64,000 bases of DNA. Source: Sedimentisphaerales bacterium. Its GTDB lineage: Bacteria > Planctomycetota > Phycisphaerae > Sedimentisphaerales > Anaerobacaceae. The translations under genes were made by a program, and so were the position numbers. This document shows positions 59,270 through 64,000 of the stretch, piece after piece. The number at the start of each line of letters is the position of its first letter. Positions within the stretch are counted from its first letter, which is position 1. The stretch is taken from contig OY970194.1 of NCBI GenBank assembly GCA_963708075.1, positions 1,344,001-1,408,000 of the forward strand, in the 5' to 3' direction. The notes under the pieces were generated by a model. That model was given only the letters and a program-made list of their open reading frames with translations. It had not been told where the DNA came from and made no database searches.

Positions 59270-60223
59270 ATGGCGCAGGTGGATCGCAGGACATTTGTGG
59301 CGGGTTCTGTGGCGGCGTTGGCGGGACTGAGCGGAACAGACCGTGCGGCGGAGAAATCGCCGGGAGCCGGAGCGAGTGGCACGGGCGCGCGTCGCGGCAA
59401 TCCCATCGCGGTCTCCACGTACTCCTTCTGGCGATTCAAGGAAGGACTCAAGATGCCCATCGAGACGTGCATCGATGAGGCCGCTCGCATGGGCTTCGAT
59501 GGCGTGGATATCCTGCTCATGCAGATGGAGAACGAGGACAACGCCTACCTGCAAAAGCTCAAGCGTCATGCCCTGATCAACGGCCTGGACCTGTGCTGCA
59601 TGTCCACGCACCAGAGCTTCGTCTCGCCGGACGCGGCCAAGCGACAGGAGAACATCGACAAGACGATCAAGCAGATCGAGACCGCCTACCGGCTCGGCAT
59701 CCCGATCATCCGCATTAACACGGGCCGCTGGGGCACGACGAAGACGTTCGATGACCTCATGGCCAATCGCGGCATCGAGCCGGTCCTGCCGGGCTATACG
59801 GAAGAAGACGGCTTCAAGTGGGTCGTTGACAGCATCGGCAAGTGCCTGCCCAAGGCCGAAGAGTGCGGCGTGATCCTCGGCCTGGAGAATCACTGGGGCC
59901 TGGCGCGGACGCCGGAAGGCCTGCTGCGAATCGTCAACACCATTGACTCTCCCTGGCTGCGCGTCCTGCTCGACACAGGCAATTTCCTGGAGGACCCCTA
60001 TCAAAAGCTCGAACAGTGCGCCCCACAGACGGTCCTTGTCCAAGCCAAGACCTACTACGGCGGCGGCCTCTGGTACAGTCTCGACCTCGACTACAACCGC
60101 ATCGCCGCAATTATGAAGAAACACAACTTCCGTGGTTACGTCTCCCTCGAATTCGAAGGCAACGAGGACTACAAAACCGCCATCCCCAAGAGCCTCGCCG
60201 TCCTGCGCAAAGCCTTCAGTTGA
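59270..60223 (+). CDS. Sugar-phosphate isomerase/epimerase with Tat signal
   Basis: 'DRRTFV' leader; 'GLENHWG', 'DTGNF', 'SLEFEG'. Confidence 0.9.
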   Translation: MAQVDRRTFVAGSVAALAGLSGTDRAAEKSPGAGASGTGARRGNPIAVSTYSFWRFKEGLKMPIETCIDEAARMGFDGVDILLMQMENEDNAYLQKLKRHALINGLDLCCMSTHQSFVSPDAAKRQENIDKTIKQIETAYRLGIPIIRINTGRWGTTKTFDDLMANRGIEPVLPGYTEEDGFKWVVDSIGKCLPKAEECGVILGLENHWGLARTPEGLLRIVNTIDSPWLRVLLDTGNFLEDPYQKLEQCAPQTVLVQAKTYYGGGLWYSLDLDYNRIAAIMKKHNFRGYVSLEFEGNEDYKTAIPKSLAVLRKAFS

Positions 60224-60541
60224 GCGTAGTGCTCCGACGACGCGAATCCGGCTGCCACCCGGCACGGCGTCCTGAAATCTGCACAGACACTTCCCGACAG
60301 ATTCTCCGCGAAAACGCTTGCACAGTCCCGGCCGGCGGTGGTAGAATACATTCAGACGAGAAACCGGATACCGAAGGCGGGCCGGGAACCGATCGTATTC
60401 CGAGCCGTCATCATATTCTCGTGTCACTTTCATACGCCGCCCACCTTCGCGATCCACCGGATAGCAGTGTGGTGGTCACGCGGGAATCACAGCAGCAACG
60501 CGCGCATGGCATTACTCATCGTGTATTGAAGGAGGCGGAAC

Positions 60542-63250
60542 ATGAGGCAACAAAGAGGGTTTCGGGCTCCAAAAGCATCTGTGAGCTATCAAGTCAAAGT
60601 CGCGGCGGGTTTCTGTTTCGTTCTCATCGGCATAGCGCGGGCGGCTACGTTCACAGTGGGCTTTGGTGCCGGATACGACTATCCCACGATCCAACGTGCG
60701 ATTGATGCCGCCCATGAAGGCGACACCATCGTCGCGGCCCAAGGGATCTACGTGGAGACCATCAATTTTCAAGGCAAGAACGTTGTCCTGACGTCGGTGG
60801 ACCCGAACAGCGATACCAAGCCGTTATTGCAGCCGCCACAGCGCCAGAGCCCTGTCGTGACCTTCTCGGGCCGCGAAGGGCCACAATGCGTTCTCCGGGG
60901 TCTGCTGATCTACAGCGGGTGGCAGGCAAACGGGATCAAAGGCAACGGCACGAAGGCCACTATCAGCGACTGTTTCATCGATACGAACGCAGGGGGTATC
61001 TCTGATTGTGACGGCCTGATCCAACGCTGTCGAATCACTGGCAATGGCGCGCTGCAGGGCGGCGGGCTGTACGACTGCGATGGCCACATTCTCAATTGCA
61101 CAATCTTCGCCAACTACGCCGGCAGTTTCGGAGAGAAGAGCGGTTGGGGAGGCGGCCTGCACAGTTGCGACGGCATTATCGAGAAATGTACGATCAGCGG
61201 CAACCACGCCGCGGGTGACGGCGGCGGGCTGTGCAACTGCAACGGCACCATCATCGACTGCGATATCAGCAATAATGTCGCGGGCAACGAGATTCTCCCT
61301 GGCGATGGTGGCGGACTGTCCCACTGTAACGGCAAGGTATCGGATTGCAGGATCATTGGCAATACGGCAGCGGGCTATGGCGGCGGACTGTCCGACTGCA
61401 GTGGCCCTATCACCGGCTGCACGATCTCGGATAACGAGGCCACCGGCTGGCATGGGGGGGCGGCGGCCCGCTGTGGCCCAATCACCAAGTGCACGATCAG
61501 CGCGAATCGGGCCCGTGGTTATGGGGGCGGCTTGTTCACCTGCACGCCCGTCCGCGATTGTACGATCCGCGCCAATAGGACGGAGGTTTATCCCGGCGGA
61601 GGCTTGTCTCAGTGCGACTCGGTGGCCAACTGCGTGGTTACAGGCAACGTGTCAGGCGCGGGCGGGGGCGGCCTCGATCAATGCAAACAAGTTACCAACT
61701 GCATGATCACCGGCAACAGGGCAGGCGAGAATGGCGGAGGATTGAGCGAGTGCCGCGAGGTGTACAATTGCACGCTCGTCGGCAACTTTGCCGCTGGCAA
61801 GGGCGGCGCCGTCTATTGCAGAAGCTACTTCAACAGGATAATCAACTGCATTATCTGGGACAATTCCTCCGTCGGCGGGCGGATATACGCGGCTTATTCC
61901 TACCAGGGGCCGTCACAGACGCCGTATTGGTCATTCTTCATGGCCTACAACGATATCCAGGGTGGTCGTGACGCGGTCGTGACAGAGCCCGCCTGCCAGG
62001 TCCTGTGGGACTTGGGCAATCTGGACGAGGTCCCGCGTTTCATCAAATCAGGAGGCTGGTCGAGCCAGATGACCTGGGTCCCCGGCGAATACTACCTGTT
62101 GCCGAACTCGCCGTGTATCGATGTCGGCGATCCGAACCGGGACTATGGCGGTCAGACGGACATCGATGGCGAGCCGCGCGTGTCTGGGGATCAGGTGGAT
62201 ATCGGGGCCGACGAGTCCATGACCGGGCGGGCGCTCTTGGCGGACCTCATCATTTCCGGTCCCAATGACGTGGCTGCACGCTCTTCCGCGCAATTCCACG
62301 CCGCGGCCCACTACACGAATGAATTCACTCTCGACGTGACGCAGTCCGCCATCTGGTCCGTCGAGCCCAATGATCTGGCGGTCATCGATGAATTCGGCGT
62401 GCTGACCCTCCAGGCTTCCTACAAGCCGGCGGAAATCGTCGTACGCGCGCAATACACCGACGGCGCCATCACGGTCGAGGCAAAGAAGATCGTGAAGCGT
62501 TTGCCGCTGCCTCCGCCGGTTGTCTACTATGTGGACGGCACCAATGGGAAGGACGACAACGACGGCCAGGCGCGCACGTCGGCATTTGCCACGATTCGCA
62601 GGGGCATTGATGCGGCGGTGGATGGTGACACGATTCTCGTCTGTCCGGGTGTCTACACTGAGGAAGTGCGCTTCAAAGGCAAGGCCATCACGCTGGCCAG
62701 CGCAGGTGACGCGCCCATCCTGGAAAACCCGGGCGATTTCGCGGTCTCTTTCTACTATGGCGAGGGGGCCGACAGCGTCCTGAAGAACTTCGTGATCAGG
62801 AACAGTCTTACGGGGATCTTCCTTGCAGGCAGTTCGCCGACAATCAGCAACGTCACGGTGGTAGGTAATGAATTCGGGATTGAGGCGTATATCGGTGCCG
62901 CTCCTGACATTCGCAATTGTATCTTCTGGAATAATGAGACAGCCAATCTGGTTGGATGTGAGGCCTACTACAGTTGCCTGCAACAGAAGGACCCTGGGGC
63001 GACGAATATTAGCCGTGACCCGTTGTTCGCGGACCCCGATCATGGTGACTACCATTTGCGAAGCACCCGGGGCCGGTACTGGCCGGAATTGGGTCTATGG
63101 ATGCTCGATGATGTGACCAGCTCGTGCATTGATGCGGGCGACCCGAGCAGCCCTGTTGGCGAGGAACCGTATCCTAATGGGGGCCGGATCGATATGGGCG
63201 CTCACGGTGGCACAAGCAAGGCAAGCTTGTCGCCCTCCGCGCGGAGGTGA
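60542..63250 (+). CDS. Secreted Cys-rich right-handed beta-helix protein with Ig-like linker and second beta-helix module
   Basis: 'TIQRAIDAA', repeated 'GGGL..C.G.I..C.I..N', 'SPCIDVG', 'GGRIDMGAHGG'. Confidence 0.85.
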   Translation: MRQQRGFRAPKASVSYQVKVAAGFCFVLIGIARAATFTVGFGAGYDYPTIQRAIDAAHEGDTIVAAQGIYVETINFQGKNVVLTSVDPNSDTKPLLQPPQRQSPVVTFSGREGPQCVLRGLLIYSGWQANGIKGNGTKATISDCFIDTNAGGISDCDGLIQRCRITGNGALQGGGLYDCDGHILNCTIFANYAGSFGEKSGWGGGLHSCDGIIEKCTISGNHAAGDGGGLCNCNGTIIDCDISNNVAGNEILPGDGGGLSHCNGKVSDCRIIGNTAAGYGGGLSDCSGPITGCTISDNEATGWHGGAAARCGPITKCTISANRARGYGGGLFTCTPVRDCTIRANRTEVYPGGGLSQCDSVANCVVTGNVSGAGGGGLDQCKQVTNCMITGNRAGENGGGLSECREVYNCTLVGNFAAGKGGAVYCRSYFNRIINCIIWDNSSVGGRIYAAYSYQGPSQTPYWSFFMAYNDIQGGRDAVVTEPACQVLWDLGNLDEVPRFIKSGGWSSQMTWVPGEYYLLPNSPCIDVGDPNRDYGGQTDIDGEPRVSGDQVDIGADESMTGRALLADLIISGPNDVAARSSAQFHAAAHYTNEFTLDVTQSAIWSVEPNDLAVIDEFGVLTLQASYKPAEIVVRAQYTDGAITVEAKKIVKRLPLPPPVVYYVDGTNGKDDNDGQARTSAFATIRRGIDAAVDGDTILVCPGVYTEEVRFKGKAITLASAGDAPILENPGDFAVSFYYGEGADSVLKNFVIRNSLTGIFLAGSSPTISNVTVVGNEFGIEAYIGAAPDIRNCIFWNNETANLVGCEAYYSCLQQKDPGATNISRDPLFADPDHGDYHLRSTRGRYWPELGLWMLDDVTSSCIDAGDPSSPVGEEPYPNGGRIDMGAHGGTSKASLSPSARR

Positions 63251-63302
63251 CCACATGTGCCTTTGAGGAAGGTACGTCTCTGCATTTGCGATACTCTCCC
63301 GG

Positions 63303-64000
63303 TCAGTAGTCCTTGAAGGCTTGCATCCATTCGGGCCAGTCGGTGGGTTTGACGCCGCCATTGCGGGTCCAGTGATTGATCGTCCTGTAGTTGCGGTGCC
63401 ATTTGAGGGTCCAGAGTTCCTTGAGGCCGATGCGGCGGACCGAGCCGTCGAGGAAGGCGATGTTCACGTAACCATCGTGACGATTGACGCAGAAGCGGCG
63501 CATAGAGTCCCGGCAGCCGCAAGGGAAGGGATCGATCTGGCCCTCCTGGTCCGGCGGCCTGTCATCGTCCTTGGGCCAGGAACACCACCACAGGGCATCG
63601 CCAAAGGCCGGGATGTCGCCGGCTCCCTGGACGTTCTCGCTACCCCAGAAGCTGTCCTTGGCGTTGCGCAAGGAAGAGGCGGCGATCCCAATGACCCACG
63701 ATCCGGCATTGTCACACACGGACAGCCAGTTGTTGATGCTGTAGCTGCCGTGATAGATGCGGTCGGCCCGCACGTTCTGCGAGGCGTACGGCCGGAAATT
63801 GCCCCAGGCCTTGAATGCCCCGCCGACGGTAGCCCTGTCTGCCTGGAACGTGCCCGCCGGATTCGCGGGTTTGGTTGCCATCGGGCAGCAGCGGATCTTT
63901 TCCGTGCCGGGGGCGTTGCGGCTGAACCAGTGCATCCAGAACTCCGGGGCGGCGATCTCGCAGAAGCCCTGGTTGTGCAGAGCCCCTTCGCTGCTGCCGG
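63303..64000 (-). CDS. Prepilin-associated H-X9-DG domain protein (5' end outside the window)
   Basis: 'GSYSINNW', 'NRHDGYVNIAFLDGSV', 'LKELWTLKWH'. Confidence 0.85.
   Translation of the reverse strand, partial: GSSEGALHNQGFCEIAAPEFWMHWFSRNAPGTEKIRCCPMATKPANPAGTFQADRATVGGAFKAWGNFRPYASQNVRADRIYHGSYSINNWLSVCDNAGSWVIGIAASSLRNAKDSFWGSENVQGAGDIPAFGDALWWCSWPKDDDRPPDQEGQIDPFPCGCRDSMRRFCVNRHDGYVNIAFLDGSVRRIGLKELWTLKWHRNYRTINHWTRNGGVKPTDWPEWMQAFKDY

Overview
GC-rich bacterial chromosomal segment. The gene content (two prepilin/H-X9-DG 'DUF1559-like' genes, Tat-exported isomerases, an ECF sigma/anti-sigma pair, a sulfatase maturase, D/E-P-N-rich secreted proteins) points to Planctomycetota, probably Phycisphaerae/Sedimentisphaerales; this is an inference. 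About 55 CDS: ABC export modules, SF2 helicases, MazEF, MutS-like/Lgt-like pair, phosphomannomutase, corrinoid-linked genes (URO-D family, DUF1638, truncated PduO), MntP, two Hsp20, RsmD, CCA enzyme, carbohydrate-active enzymes and a Cys-rich beta-helix protein. No rRNA, tRNA, cas or transposase gene was seen. Highlights: (1) a complete cobalamin riboswitch with terminator/antiterminator controlling a secreted beta-propeller plus pseudopilin operon, a candidate non-canonical corrinoid-acquisition system; (2) a sigma54 promoter and RBS reading into an array of five 17-bp direct repeats; (3) several REP/MITE-like palindrome families, including a triple-nested element and two copies translated in frame inside enzymes; (4) two small ORFs missed by the ORF track. 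At least eight genes carry single-base indels, mostly in short G/C runs, probably long-read consensus errors.
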